Part shown: in pieces, positions 13,703 through 27,288 of the stretch
Layout: every line of letters begins with the position of its first letter
How positions within the stretch are numbered: position 1 is the first letter of the stretch
From: Chrysomallon squamiferum
Taxonomy: Eukaryota; Animalia; Mollusca
Assembly (NCBI GenBank): GCA_012295275.1
Contig: CM022671.1
Span: forward strand, 3,038,001-3,102,000
Reading direction: 5' to 3'
Length of the DNA stretch: 64,000 nt
Program-made: the position numbers and the translations under genes
The notes under the pieces: generated by a model
What the model was told of the DNA's origin: nothing
The model's input: the letters and a program-made list of their open reading frames with translations, nothing else
The model's database searches: none

Positions 13703-13731
13703 TTTCCCGCGTTTTTATATTCTGCTTCCGG
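13703..13731 (-). promoter_or_regulatory. Candidate FANCD2 promoter: E2F-type TTTCCCGC plus ETS-type CCGGAAG (also at 1943-1971 in the duplicate)
   Basis: Consensus motif matches ~0.8 kb upstream of the ATG exon. That exon starts with a splice acceptor, so a 5' UTR exon is required upstream. Confidence 0.45.
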
Positions 13732-13841
13732 ATTTTCATTATGCTAATTTCTAAAAAACAATTTGGAATTATTACATTTACTGTTTGTTTTTCTTCTTCT
13801 TCTTCATCTTTTTTTTTTTTTATTATTATTATTTTTTTTTT

Positions 13842-16800
13842 TATAGAAATTATTTACCTTTTAGCTTTTAACATTACTCTGTAAGGCTTAACACCTTGAC
13901 CATGAAAACCTCAATATTTTTTGGAAAAACACACTCTCGTTTGTAGTCTGTATAATGTACATTTATGAATTTAATTTTTTAATACTTTAATACTACATTA
14001 CTTTTTAAATTGTTGTTGTTATTATTATTACCATAACAACAACAAGATAATAATAATAATAATTTTTATTATTACTATTATTATATAGTTACAAACTGTA
14101 GCAACTTCAATGACGCCCATGAAAACTTGAACATTGTACATACATTACATTTTACACTCACGGAGTTAACTCTACGAGCTTTCTTCCGACGAACAAACTC
14201 AACTGAACAAAATACCGATCTCTGCTTCATTTCTATAACCAAAATGCATGTATTTGCCTCCCGAAAGTGGTAAGAAACCTTGATGAAAAACTACGATAAA
14301 ATCTCTTGACAATTTTCGAGCAAGAGACCCCTTTCGAAAATATATTACTAGAAAGAGCAATATTTCATCTCTTTAAACACTGGAATTAAATCTTAAAACA
14401 AGTATACATTTTTTGCCGAACCACGTTGTAATTCATGGTTCACCTCCGAGTTACTTTTCCTAAACGAGAACCTCCTGAATTCTATTTGATGTTTCCTGTT
14501 GGTGAGCAAAATGATAATTATTTTCAAAGATGTCGATTTAACCGTATAAATTATTAAGTGATTAAATCTGTGTTGAAATGAAATCGAGCTGCTTATGTAC
14601 ACATTTTCTAACGGTGTCTCCATTAAATCATCGAAATTATTTAGGCACATCACTTCGACAAAATGTTAGTTTCAAACTCTGATGAGAGGCCTAATGCACA
14701 AAATCTGTGTGGTTTTTTAGCAGTTTATTTATGATTATGGATTCAGTAGTATTTACCTTTTTATTTGATTTTTCTCCGGTTATGGCAGTGCCTTGGATGT
14801 AAATATTGGAACTGGTGATCGAATAAGTGTGGTAGATTGGTGTCTTTCGGAAAAATTAAGCTTGTTATGTTTGAAACGTGGTTCAATAATACAACATACA
14901 CAATAAATAATAACGGTAGGTCATTCAGTACAAATTTCCTTATTCAGTCTCTTCTTCACTTTGACATTTGCTTCAGAAAATCCGCTCTTACTTTCACTCA
15001 TGCTCTCAAAAATATATTATCCAAAATCACTTCTTAAGTTTTAGCCTGGTGAAATTCAACATATACTACATGTAAGTACTATCAAGATATAATTCATTAT
15101 CCTTTCATATTTGTGTCTGTGTTATTATTATAGACTGTAAATTGTGTTGAGCCCCCCTCTAAGGAGAAAAGGGCACTCAACAAGTCTCCTTATTATTACC
15201 TAGACTTTACAGGCAGTAAACAGCAATTTGTAAAAAGAAGAAAAGAAGAATTACCGCGCCGCTACCACCACAATTGACATTTCAGAATTTCTAATTTCTC
15301 CAATCTAAATGTATTTTTTTTTTTTTTTTTTTTTTTTAGAAATTATTTACCTTTTAACTTTTAACATTACTCTGTAAGGCTTAACACCTTGACCATGAAA
15401 ACCTCAATATTTTTTGGAAAAACACACTAGTTTGTAGTCTGTATAATGTACATTTATGAATTTAATTTTTTAATACTTTAATACTACATTACTTTTTAAA
15501 TTGTTGTTGTTATTATTATTACCATAACAACAACAAGATAATAATAATAATTTTTATTATTACTATTATTATATAGTTACAAACTGTAGCAACTTCAATG
15601 ACGTCCATGAAAACTTGATTGCCCCCCCCCACAGAGGAACGTTCCAGTCAGCGAGAGGCAGATTCGTAATATTCGAAAGTTGTTTATTATAGGTCCTGTC
15701 TCTACTATGTTAAAAATTGGAAAATCTGAAGTCTTATCGCACAAATGTTACATTGTACAGTGGGAAAAATAAAAAAATAAAAAATAAAATGCTTTAACTC
15801 TTCATCGGGTTAGTCGTCCCCTCGCTATAAATCTTTGATCGTGTATTGTGAACACTGAACATGCATTACTTTTTACACTCACGGAGTTAACTCTACGAGC
15901 TTTCTTCCGACAAACAAACCCAACTGAACAAAATACCGATCTCTGCTTCATTTATATAACCAAAATGCATGTATTTGCCTCCCGAAAATGGTAAGAAACC
16001 TTGATGAAAAATTTCGATAAAATCTCTTGACAATTTTCGAGCAAGAGACCCGTTTCAAAAATATATTACTAGAAAGAGCAACATTTCATCTCTTTAAAGA
16101 CACTGGAATTAAATCTTAAAACAAGTACACGTTGTAATTCATGGTTCACGTCCGAGTAAGAAAGACTGATTATGTTACTTTTCCTAAACGAGAACCTCCT
16201 GAATTCTATTTGATGTTTCTTGTTGATGAGCAAAATGATAATTATTTTCAAAGATGTCGATTTAACCGTATGTCGATTTAACCGTAAATGTTAGTTTCAA
16301 ACTGTGATGAGAGGCCTAATGCACAAAATCTGTGATTGTTTGTTAGCAGTTTATTTATGATTATGGATTCAGTAGTATTTACCTAGTATTTGATTTTTCT
16401 CCGGTTATGGCAGTGCCTTGGATATAAATATTGGAACTGGTGATCGAATAAGTGTGGTAGATTGGTGTCTTTCGGAAAAATTAAGCTTGTTATGTTTGAA
16501 ACGTGGTTCAATAATACAACATACACAATAAATAATAACGGTAGGTCATTCAGTACAAATTTCCTTATTCGGTCTCTTCTTCACTTTGACATTTGCTTCA
16601 GAAAATCCGCTCTTACTTTCACTCATGCTCTCAAAAATATATTATCCAAAATCACTTCTTAAGTTTTAGCCTGGTGAAATTCAACATATACTACATGTAA
16701 GTACTATCAAGATATAATTCATTATCCTTTCATATTTGTGTCTGTGTTATTATTATACTCTGACTGTAAATTGAGTTGAGCCCCACTCTCAGGAGAAAAG

Positions 16801-16945
16801 GGCACTCAACAAGTCTCCTTATTATTACCTAGACTTTACAGGCAGTAAACAGCAATTTTTAAAAAGAAGAAAAGAAGAATTACCGCGCCGCTACCACCAC
16901 AATTGACATTTCAGAATTTCTAATTTCTCCAATCTAAATGTATTT
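13842..16945. repeat. Tandem duplication of a ~1.5-1.6 kb unit (B ~13842-15314, C ~15337-16945; third copy A 2078-3364)
   Basis: Both units start agaaattatttacctttt and end caatctaaatgtattt. They are joined through a poly-T tract. Confidence 0.93.
15133..15200 (+). mobile_element. Possible LINE 3' tail (stem-loop plus TAT repeats); second copy at ~16761-16830
   Basis: gttgag-ccc...ggg-ca-ctcaac hairpin followed by ttattatt, the typical form of L2/CR1-type 3' ends. Confidence 0.35.
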
Positions 16946-17499
16946 CACATCTAGATTTTTTCTTTCTGATTAACTTGGTATGAAATCTATGTCTGTAGTA
17001 AATCCAATCTGAAATATAGGATAGGTATGTAACTTTATTTATGTAAAATATTCTCCGCATTTGTCAACCAGAAGTAGTTTTGCAGCTAGAGGAAAATCAT
17101 CTGGTGCTTTGGACTGTAAACAAATAATTATTGCCAGATCACGTGATCAAATACTTCTATTTGGTTGAATGTTTATTTTTATTCTACTGCAGTGGAATAA
17201 ATGTTTATAATTATACCTGTATAAAATTAATTAATTACAACTTTAGGTATTTTAGATTTTTAAATCAACCTGATATCCTGTAAATTCCATAATTTATCTT
17301 GCTTTTTAAACAAGATATAAAGATTTAATGAATTTCTATCATAGTATTTGTTTCAGGAAAGCCTGAATCAATGGATTGAAATTAAATTAATTTCTGGGAT
17401 GTAAAACTGCCATTATTCCCTTATTCTTCAAAATGAAGTCCGCATACAGTAGTGCTTCTATCATCTCACTCTCTCACAGAACTAAACGAGAACAACCAA

Positions 17500-17820
17500 A
17501 ATTAATAACATTTTTGTGGCATGTTGGACAGAATTGCTTTGTTTGCCATTGGATGGTGTTGAAAACATCATCAAATCTCTACAAAGAATTGCTATGCCAA
17601 AAGCTAATGATTTGGTAGGTTATTTTGATTCGAGTTATATGAATGAACACTACAGGAAATTATTTAGAAACGGCAGTAACATCATCAGTAACATTCTTGG
17701 ACAGTTTCAAGCAGACGTCTGGTGTGCACTGGAGGCAACTCTCAGTGAGTGGGAAGGATGGAACAACACGTTTTTTTCACGGTGACTAGTCGGACTGGTA
17801 TTAATGCTTTAAAGTTGGCT
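17500..17820 (+). mobile_element. Degenerate MULE (Mutator-like) transposase fragment
   Basis: Frameshifted FCGMLDRIA/LPLDGVE...LVGYFDSSY...VW..EATL..EGWNN, matching recalled animal MULE C-terminal motifs. Confidence 0.7.
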
Positions 17821-18063
17821 CGTCCCGTCTAAGGGGTAACAGACTATAAAAGCGTCACGTGACAAAGTGTTAATGATCTGAGGCAGTTTAAACTACTAAA
17901 AGACTAGTTTGTATCCACTAGAGAATAATAACGCAAACAAGAATTGAATATGAGTAATTGTTTCATGTATCACATAAATTAACCATCAATGGCAAACAAA
18001 TATAATTTAATCGTAAGATTCTTACGATATAATGCAAATGAAAATAACGCTGATATACGTTTT

Positions 18064-19694
18064 GCAAACATATAAATCATTATTTTATTTTATTTTATTT
18101 GTTAAATATTTTATAAATGCTGATATCAGGATAACTGTCAGATTTGTCTATTGAAGAAACAAAATATGAAAACTGTTCATCGTATTTAACAACTCGTCTC
18201 AGTAACGGACATTTCTGTGGTCGTAAATTCCCCGAGAAGAAAAATTCTAACTAAAGAAATATACCTTTGTTATATACTGAATAGAGTTACAATAGATTTC
18301 TTGAGAATGCGAAAGTGATCACCACACATGGTCATTTGATAGCTGTCGTAGTAACTTTTAGATCACGCGAGTTTTCACGACTAATTAAATAAATAAAAAA
18401 GGAAGATATTTTGTATCTTATGAGTTGAAACAAGATTATTAAAGTGGTTCCTTTAGTCGTGTTAAAACTGTCGTCTACTTTTTCATTTTATTTTACTTTT
18501 TTTTTTTCATTATTTCAAATGCACTATAATAATTGTTATTAAAAGAAAAAAAAAAAGTATTTCCTTTGTTTATATATTTATTTATTTAGTAGTGGTAATA
18601 GCTGTCGCGGTTGTTGATGTTGTTGTCGTTGTACTGTCTTAATGTTATCTTTTATCGAAACAGCCATTCATCATGATGCATTAAATAGAAATTTAATATA
18701 TTTAGCACCATATACGTTTTTCTAACAATTCATGTATATTGTGCATAAATGATTTTGTAAAAACCTTCGTTTAACCATTATCTTTAGAAACATGATTAAC
18801 AAGGAAGACTGAAGTTTCTATTAAGCTTAACATTACATAAATCAACTAAAAAACAGTGAGTACGATTATATAATTTATTAGTAACTTTAACAAAGTAATA
18901 AATATAAAAAAAATAAAAATAAAAATAAAACACTTTTTACATCACGGAAATTAGATATAAGTGAAAAATAGATTAATAACAAAGCCTACTATGGAAAGAA
19001 AACTTGCCCATGCAAACAAAACCTACAAAGTTAAAAGTCGCTGTATTTCTTTGTCAACTTAGCACAGGTGATAATACTTCTACGCAGATTAAAGTAGTTT
19101 TTATTAACTATTACTCGGTAAAACAAAAAATGTACTAATGTTATTTCAAGTTGACTGATAATATAGATCAAACGGCTAAAAAGGCAGAAGGAAAATTGTA
19201 TATAGTAATAGTATGATATAGACTTTTGGTAAGCACTTTTGGCCAGGAAGAACGCCCTTCGATCTCTACCCCCATAAAAAATTAAAACAACCAAAGTTGG
19301 ATAACAGATTTAAAGTTTGGTTTTATAATAGTTACATTTGGTATTTATTATCACGTTTATTTTTTTAAATTCCACATTATTTTGTACTATTTTATACGTA
19401 ACTTAAGGAAATCCTTCATTGTGTGATAGGACACTTCGTCGATAGAAATTTGTTTTGTAAAGTATGCGTTCTTGAATACATTTACAAGCCAAAATGTTAC
19501 CGCCAATAATATTTTCTTACTTACAGAATCATTTTTTTTAATTTTTTTTTTTTTTTTTTTTCATATTTAGCTGTATATAGTTAAAAAACGACATGATGAA
19601 TTTTGTTACTGGTTTTAAATCACATAATGCAAATTTGTGCAATCCAACATTTATATTAACTGACTTTACAAAATGAAGATAAAACTACAAGAGT

Positions 19695-19787
<93 letters not shown>

Positions 19788-20350
19788 TTCTTATGAATTT
19801 TAAATTTGTCACTGGTACATGACAAAAATACGTATACACTTAGATAAGTATAAAACTAGATGATGCAGATAATTTACGAACACATAATGATAATAATAGC
19901 ACAATATCACAAAACGAACGAGTGCCTTACTACACATGCAATAAAGTGATCAACCTTAAACAAATAATAATAATAAAATAATAAATTAAATAATAATAAT
20001 AAGAAGAAGAAGAAGAAGACGACGAACAATAACAATAAGTAAATAAATAAATAGAAACCATCTACTAATCAAAGGAAAAAAGTAATGGAATTTTTTAGCA
20101 TGTGATTATGATCACATGCTGTAACTTTCCACTGCTGTTTGAATATAGCGATACAATCATTTTCGAGGAAAAGAAATACTATCCGGTTAAGAACAGAATA
20201 TAAATTTGTCGTTGTCTCGGGTTTGCTCAGTTAGAACAAAACACCCGACCTAAATGTGTGAATTCGCTATTCGGTTTTGTGATGTCAAACCGGGCTTAGA
20301 AACGATCAAGTAAGCAATGAAACATTAGGTAAGTAGATCTGTGCGAGTTT
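18064..20350. repeat. Older direct segmental duplication, copy A (homologous to 23281-26357)
   Basis: Colinear blocks 18064<->23281, 19141<->25443 and 19570-20350<->25620-26357, including an orthologous (GA)n tract. Confidence 0.85.
19696..19781. repeat. (GA)n microsatellite
   Basis: Direct observation. Confidence 0.98.
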
Positions 20351-20493
20351 GAAGGTTATTTTTATTGCTTTGTTGTTGCTGCTGTTTTTATATTTCAATG
20401 TTATTTCAGATTTTTCTGTTGGTGCTGATAACGAAAATATTACTGATATTATTATCATTTTGACTGTTATTATTATAGTTATTGTTGTTGTTG

Positions 20494-20528
<35 letters not shown>

Positions 20529-22301
20529 ACTATTATTAATTTCTTAGTGTTCAAAACGGGTATTAAGTAGATTTCTGCGCGATCCTTACTGGGCGGTCGC
20601 CAGAGTGGACAGCATCAAAAAGTGCGGCCTTCAAAAATTCCCTCGTGTAGGTGATTTAAAAAATCTTTTTAAAGAAACTTAGTTTGATAACGTTTTATAC
20701 ATATCTCGCCACAAACTCGCTTTCGATTTCTGAATACTGATCACGGAGAAGTTTATCAAATTTTTGATGAAAAAATATTTTTTGTAAACGTCAGCAGTCA
20801 GCGATCATTGGAAAAATCTTAGATGAGTCAAGCAATCAAAATATGTTCCCCGTATAGACATGCTACTTTTGTGCTTAATTTCAACAAATGTTATGTTTCC
20901 GAGCGAGGATTCTGTGGTTGCGAAAAACTGTTTACGTAATGCGGACGCAATTAACAGTGCATTGTTTTAAAGATGAACAAACAGTTCATCATTGATTGCT
21001 CTTGTACTTCAAAGGAAAATCCATCGAATAAAGTTATTTTAGCGGTAGGCATCAGTCACGAGGCTCACACCTTTAAACATCTTGGATGTTTTATTAAGAC
21101 TCAGCCTGGAGTAACAAGGTGCTTTAATGGCCACCTAACAAGGAATATAAATGCTAAATTGACAGCAATCTATATAAATCAATAAGTCTATCTATCCACT
21201 AGAGAAATAAACACAAGTTAAGGTTCATGTTAATTATTTAATTATGATAAACAGGTGACTTGATAATATTATATTATACAATCACAAAACATATGTTTAA
21301 GTAATTTTGATTAATGATATGAGTAAGGTCATACAGGGAACCAAGACAAAATAAGAATCCGCACGAAGGAGAGATTAAAACCTTAAAACTTTAGGTATAA
21401 TAAATGTTATTGACACAGGTTAATTGCACATTACATTCTTATCAAAATAACAATAGACAATTGCTTACCATACTCGTCCGTAAAGACAATATCATTCAAA
21501 ACCATTGGTTTCCCCGACTGATGAGATTTCGTGTTGACCTGTTCCTTTGCTCCTTAATTATTTGAACCTTGAATCTTGAAAAAAATTAACGTGCTAATCA
21601 GAGCAAGCTATTGTGAAGCACGTCTATGACAGGCACGCTTTCTGACAGGTAACCTTAATTATCAAATACCAGCCCTTTTTCTAAGAACGCCATGGAGTTG
21701 AAAAACTGGCTAAAACAATAAAAAAACGTGTATATGGTTGAAGTAACAATTTGTTACGCAATTTCAATTCCGTGGCATCAAAATAAAAAACAGGATGTGA
21801 TCGAGAAGTAACAAATTGTTACGTCTCAATTCCGTGTCAATCAAAAGTCCGTATCTAATGTCAAGTAATATTTGTAATCATCATTTTACGGAATCAATTT
21901 CATAGTTGTTAAAACAATTCATAAGGATCAATGAATCGAAACCGGCATATTTTACACAGTAATCATATGTATTTATAAACAGAATTTTAGCGATTTCCTG
22001 TAACGTTGTCCGATTTTCCTACGTCACCTATATAGGTCAATTAGGCCTATATTTTATCTTTATAGGGGAATAATTTGCAAGTGAATGTATTTATCCACTC
22101 GGTCTATGGCTGTAAATTATTGAATACATTTTACCAATCAACATGTTAGTGGCACATTGTAAACAACTTTTATTGGGTCAAGTGTTTGTCGATTGTGCTT
22201 CTCAAAACGTAACACGGTTAAGAAAGGTGATTGCAATACACAAGGAACAGAATGTGAAGTAAATGTTTCTAATGGGACCTCACTATGACGAACACAGTAT
22301 A

Positions 22302-22393
22302 CCAACAGGTGGCGCCATAATATGAACTGTGGTATAAAGTTCATTTTACTGTAAGGTATTATAATCCAAGATGAACTTAGCGCCATCTATTTG
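22302..22393. promoter_or_regulatory. Two oppositely oriented CTCF-like motifs
   Basis: CCAACAGGTGGCGCC (+, 22302-22316) and CAAATAGATGGCGCT (-, 22379-22393) resemble the CCASYAGRKGGCRS consensus. Confidence 0.4.
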
Positions 22394-24442
22394 CACTCGT
22401 TTCTGTACTACAGAGTGGCCCAGGAAAGGTTTCCCTTTACCAAGCTGCCAGTAGATCACTTTAAAGATCACGGCAAAATCTGGCACACAGTAGAATTATC
22501 CCCATAATATCCCCCCCCCCCACGTTAATGATGTATTTCAGATACTGAAAAGTTGATATTACAAAAAAGGCCACATTTGAGAAAAGGGGGGAAATATAAA
22601 AAGAAATTCAGCATGGAAGGAAGTTTTTATTTTTATTTTATGTTATACTGTGTTGTAATAAAGAAAATAATTAAAAGAGTTGTCTAATACAATACTGAAC
22701 ACCCCAGAATCTATATAGTTTTAAAGCCTTGTGTGTCTTAGCTTATAAATCTTTTAATTTAATAAATAAACATTGTAAAAAAAAATTATATTTGTCCTGT
22801 CAATTATATAATATGGGTGTTGTTTATTATGACCGCGGGAAGAAAATATACAAGTATAATTACACAGACTGAACAAAATAACTGTAACTGTTACAAACCT
22901 GATAATGGATTGCTAATAATTATTTTGATTATCCAAAGTAGTGCATAAATTATTGATGAATTACTGTGGAATAAGGCAGATATATTCGACTTTTTTCATG
23001 ATACACCTCCACAAGTTTTTGATCTATTTAAGCTAAAGCATCTTCACGTTAATTTTCGATTTGAATTTTCAAGAGCTATTTACATAGCTTCGATGTTCTT
23101 AAATCATGTTCTTCTGCCATTTTTTATTAGAGCGTGTGTTTGAATGTTTTGTAATTTTTCTTTTGATAGTAACAAATGATATAACTAAAGCTGGTGTTAG
23201 ACTCAGTAATATAGGCAGTTTCCAGTTTTACAAGTGCCCTCTATAAATTCAGAATAAGATTCACAGTATCTCATTACTGTGCAAACATATAAATCATTAT
23301 GTTATTTTATTTGATTTGATTTGATTTTATTTGTTAAATATATTATATAAATGTTGATATCAGGATAACTGTAAGATTTTTGAACTGAAGAAACAAGATA
23401 AGAAAACCATTAATTGTATTTCACAACTCGTCTCAATACCGGTTATTTCTGTGCAGTGGTCGTAATTCTAAAATAAGAAATACACCTTTGTTTACATACT
23501 GAATAGATTAATATATATTTCTTGAGAATGCGAACGTGGTCACATGTGGTAGTTTGATATCTGACGTAGCAACCGTTAGATAACGCTAACATATTTTGTA
23601 TTTTACGAGTTCAAACAAGATTATTAAACTGGTTCCCTTAGTCTTCTTAAAACTGTCGTGTACTTTATTTTATTTTATTTATTTATTATTTTTATTTTTT
23701 TTGTTTTTTATATCAAAACACTATAATGATTATTATTAATAGAAAAAATGTATTATCTTTTTTGTTTATTTATTTATTTAATTAATTTATTTATTAGTAG
23801 AATTAGCTGTCGCGGTCGTTGCTGTTGTTGTTGTTATACTATTTTGATGTGATTTTTTATTCATCATGATGCATTAAATATAAACTTAATATATTAAGCA
23901 CCAGACGACTAGACACAGTTCTCATTTAAGTTTTCAAATAATTCATGTCAGTAATATTGCATAAATTACTTTAAGTTTAAATTTTCGTTGAACTATTATC
24001 TTTAGAAACATGATTAACAAGAAAGAGTGAATAATCTATGAAATTTAACATTACATAAAAACGGTTCTTTGTCATCATAAATAAAGAAAAATGTCTTAAA
24101 TTGCCATCTCGAAAGCATCTTTCAGTTATATACTTACTTTCGACTAATTAGTTATTTTATAATTTATGTTAAAGTACGACGTTTATTTTCAGTAATCCAA
24201 ACGATAATCTCTATAATTACATAAAGCAATGGCCTGATAAATAACAATACACGAGCAAAAATAGAGATTTTTTATATAAAAAGTACGAATGACTAATTCT
24301 ATTCATTGTATGTAATTTTAAATATTTCATTTTACATAAATAATTAATCTTAAAAATTCAATATTCGGAATAAACGATTGTTATATATAATGAAAAATGC
24401 AGTTTTCAATTCCAACTGATGAAAAACAAGTTCCGAAAACTA

Positions 24443-24486
<44 letters not shown>

Positions 24487-24489
<3 letters not shown>

Positions 24490-24900
24490 TGGTACCTCGT
24501 CTTACGAATGCCTCGACTTACGAGTTTTGGGAGTTACGAGCCAAAATCCGAGTTACGAGCGAGCTTAAGATACGCCGCCGCTAGTTGGTGCAACGAACAA
24601 CACAACATCCGGCAGGCATCCCTGGTCTGTTGTGTTGTGCTCGCGTTTTGTGCAGTATTTTGCCAAATTTCTTTTTTTCTGACCGTGGATCCTAAGAAAG
24701 TGAGTGCAAAAGACAGTGCTGAGAAGAAGAAGAAGCGAATGATGTCAATTGAATTAAAGCTTGAATTCATAGAAAATTCGACTTGGCTAGGCAGTATGAG
24801 CATAGTACTTATACGATATGTATCATACTGAACCTGAAGGGTCGATAAAAGCTGTAAATCCAACTAAAGGCGTTAAAATAATCTGTCTGATCTCCAAGAT
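24487..24900 (+). mobile_element. Tigger/pogo (Tc1-mariner superfamily) 5' fragment inserted in a (TA)n tract
   Basis: TA then CACTGGTACCTCG (TIR-like) with ttacga subterminal repeats. Decayed transposase N-terminus: PKKVSAKDSAEKKKKRMMSIELK...DLARQYEHST..IC.IL...SIKAVNPTKGVKII. Confidence 0.8.
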
Positions 24901-25744
24901 AAATACACTTTACAAAAGCAAATTATTTCTTTACATTCTGTTTTATTTTGTTTTTATACAATATTTGTCATTTATAAATACATTTTTCTTATTTAAAAAC
25001 ACGGTACAAAAAATATAAAGAATGGTGGGGCTTTTTTTTTGGGGGGGGGGGGCTGGTAACAAACACTGAAATTTCCAGACTGCACCCAGTATAGTAAGCA
25101 CTGGGCAAAGTGTATATAATGATCCTTTCAACAGATTTTGGTGTCGATGAAATCAAACCAAACTCATTAACAGTAAATAATATTAAGCCATCCATGAATA
25201 TGAAATGAAAAAAACCCCAACAACAACAATAGTAACTAATTAACTACCTAAATAAATAAAGAAAGAAAGAAAAAACAACAACAACAACAGCAAAAATAAT
25301 GCTTTATCACTACCAACAGCATCTTTTATTGGTTACACAAATTTAAACTGTAATCAATCATACATAATTATTAGTAGACAGAAATGTTTAAAAGGCATTG
25401 CCTATCAGCTATTACCTTGGTAAAACAAAATATTTATTAATATTATTTCAAGTCGACTGATAATATATTCATATATGTGTGGAAAAAATAAGTCAAATGT
25501 CTAGAATGTTAGAGGAACGATTCTGTGTAGTAATAGTTTGGTGTCTACTTTTGATGAAAGAACTTTCGGCATAAATTAAAAAATCATTGTTGTTGATTTT
25601 TTGTTTTTTTTCCATGTGCTTAGCTTAGAATAGTTCAAAAACGACATGATAAATTGTGTTGTTGTTATTCTTTTATATTATATAATGGAAATTTGTCCAA
25701 TCCAAGGATCTAATTGTTTACAAAATCAAGATAGAATTACAATG

Positions 25745-25875
<131 letters not shown>

Positions 25876-27069
25876 ATAACGAAAACATAATGGTAATAAA
25901 CAGAAGACAAAGGATAAGAGTTGTGAAGATTTGTGGTAACTTGACTGTGACACAATGTCACAAAACGAATAAGGGTCTTAGTACATAAGCAATAAAGTGG
26001 CATCCGTAAAATAAATAAATAAATAAAAACAACCCATTAATCAAAATCAAAAGCCAAAAAAAAAAAAATAATAATTTTTTTACCATGTGTTTACATAATT
26101 TACATTTCAACTGCTATTTGAATACATCAACAACAACAAAAAATAAATAAATAAATAAATAAATTTCGAGGAAAAGAAAAATTTCCGGCTGATAATAGTA
26201 TATAAATTTGTCGTTATATGTGGTTCGCTTACTTATAACAAAACGCCTGACCTAAATGTGTGAATCCGCTGTTTGGTTATACTGTGTCAAAACGGGCTTA
26301 GTAACGATCAAGGAAGCATATCCGAAATATTAAGTAAGTAGATCTACGTGAATTTGAATACTGGTAATTGTTTTATGTATCACATAAATTAACCATCAAT
26401 GGTAAAAAATATAATTTAATTGTAAGATTCTCACGATATAATGCAAATGGAAATAACGTTGATATATCCTATTCTGATTAAGCCCACTTGGTAATGTTAA
26501 CTTTCTAACTAATCTTTTAGTTATTAAAACAAATTTGTTATTTAGTTTTCAAGCGTAAGTACCACAGAATAACCAACAGAAATATACTTGGCTATCTTCT
26601 ACCAGCCAGCAAGTATGTTACATAAAAGACATTTAAACATAATTACCAATCCCTGAGTGATCCTTTGTGTTGAGTACACGTCCCTCAGACAACGTGACGC
26701 AAGACTGCGCACTGATCAAAGGACCGTCGACAAGACATGCTCCGAAATATAAAGTCTTGAACTGATGAAACACCACAGCAGCCCTTCTGAAATTTCTTTC
26801 TACTTTAAATGCTTATTCTAAGTTAGTTAATCCCAGTATTTATCTTTTTCACCATATTCCGACATTAATTAGTTAAACACTGAAGAACCGCAAAAATGTG
26901 AATTTGTAAACATGGTTATACATTAAAGCTTAATAAATATTACTGTAATATAATAATATACTAAATATAAAATGTAGCACACATTCTGCTTTAAATGGGC
27001 AGATAGAAATAAGTGTTTTACGAATTTTATGTAACGGACTAAAGAGATTACAAATTATGATGAAAAACA

Positions 27070-27288
27070 AGTCAGGCAAAGTGGCACTAATGAGATTCCG
27101 TCACACTTGTCGATCACCATCACAAGTTAATTTGAAAGGTTATAAAGAGTCCGAAACTAGAGAAGATAAGGTGGAAAGTCCAGCTGCAAATCAGGCTGCA
27201 GAACCTCTGTACTGATTACAATATCGATCGTTGTAAACTTAACAACTTTCTCAGGTCTCTTGGCGACAACATTTGATTTGATAACTGA
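27070..27288 (+). mobile_element. Degenerate MULE transposase C-terminal fragment
   Basis: LVDHHHKLI*KVIKSPKLE...QLQIRLQNLCTDYNIDRCKLNNFLRSLGDNI*FDN* resembles the recalled MULE tail LVGH.HP.IW..I..L...LQ.RL.NLC.......FLR.VG.NIR. Confidence 0.65.

Noticed and set aside
20306-20570. Hydrophobic TM-like ORFs (also 44634-44915, 56960-57211, 13057-13426)
   Set aside because: They derive from ATT/GTT/ATTT low-complexity tracts.
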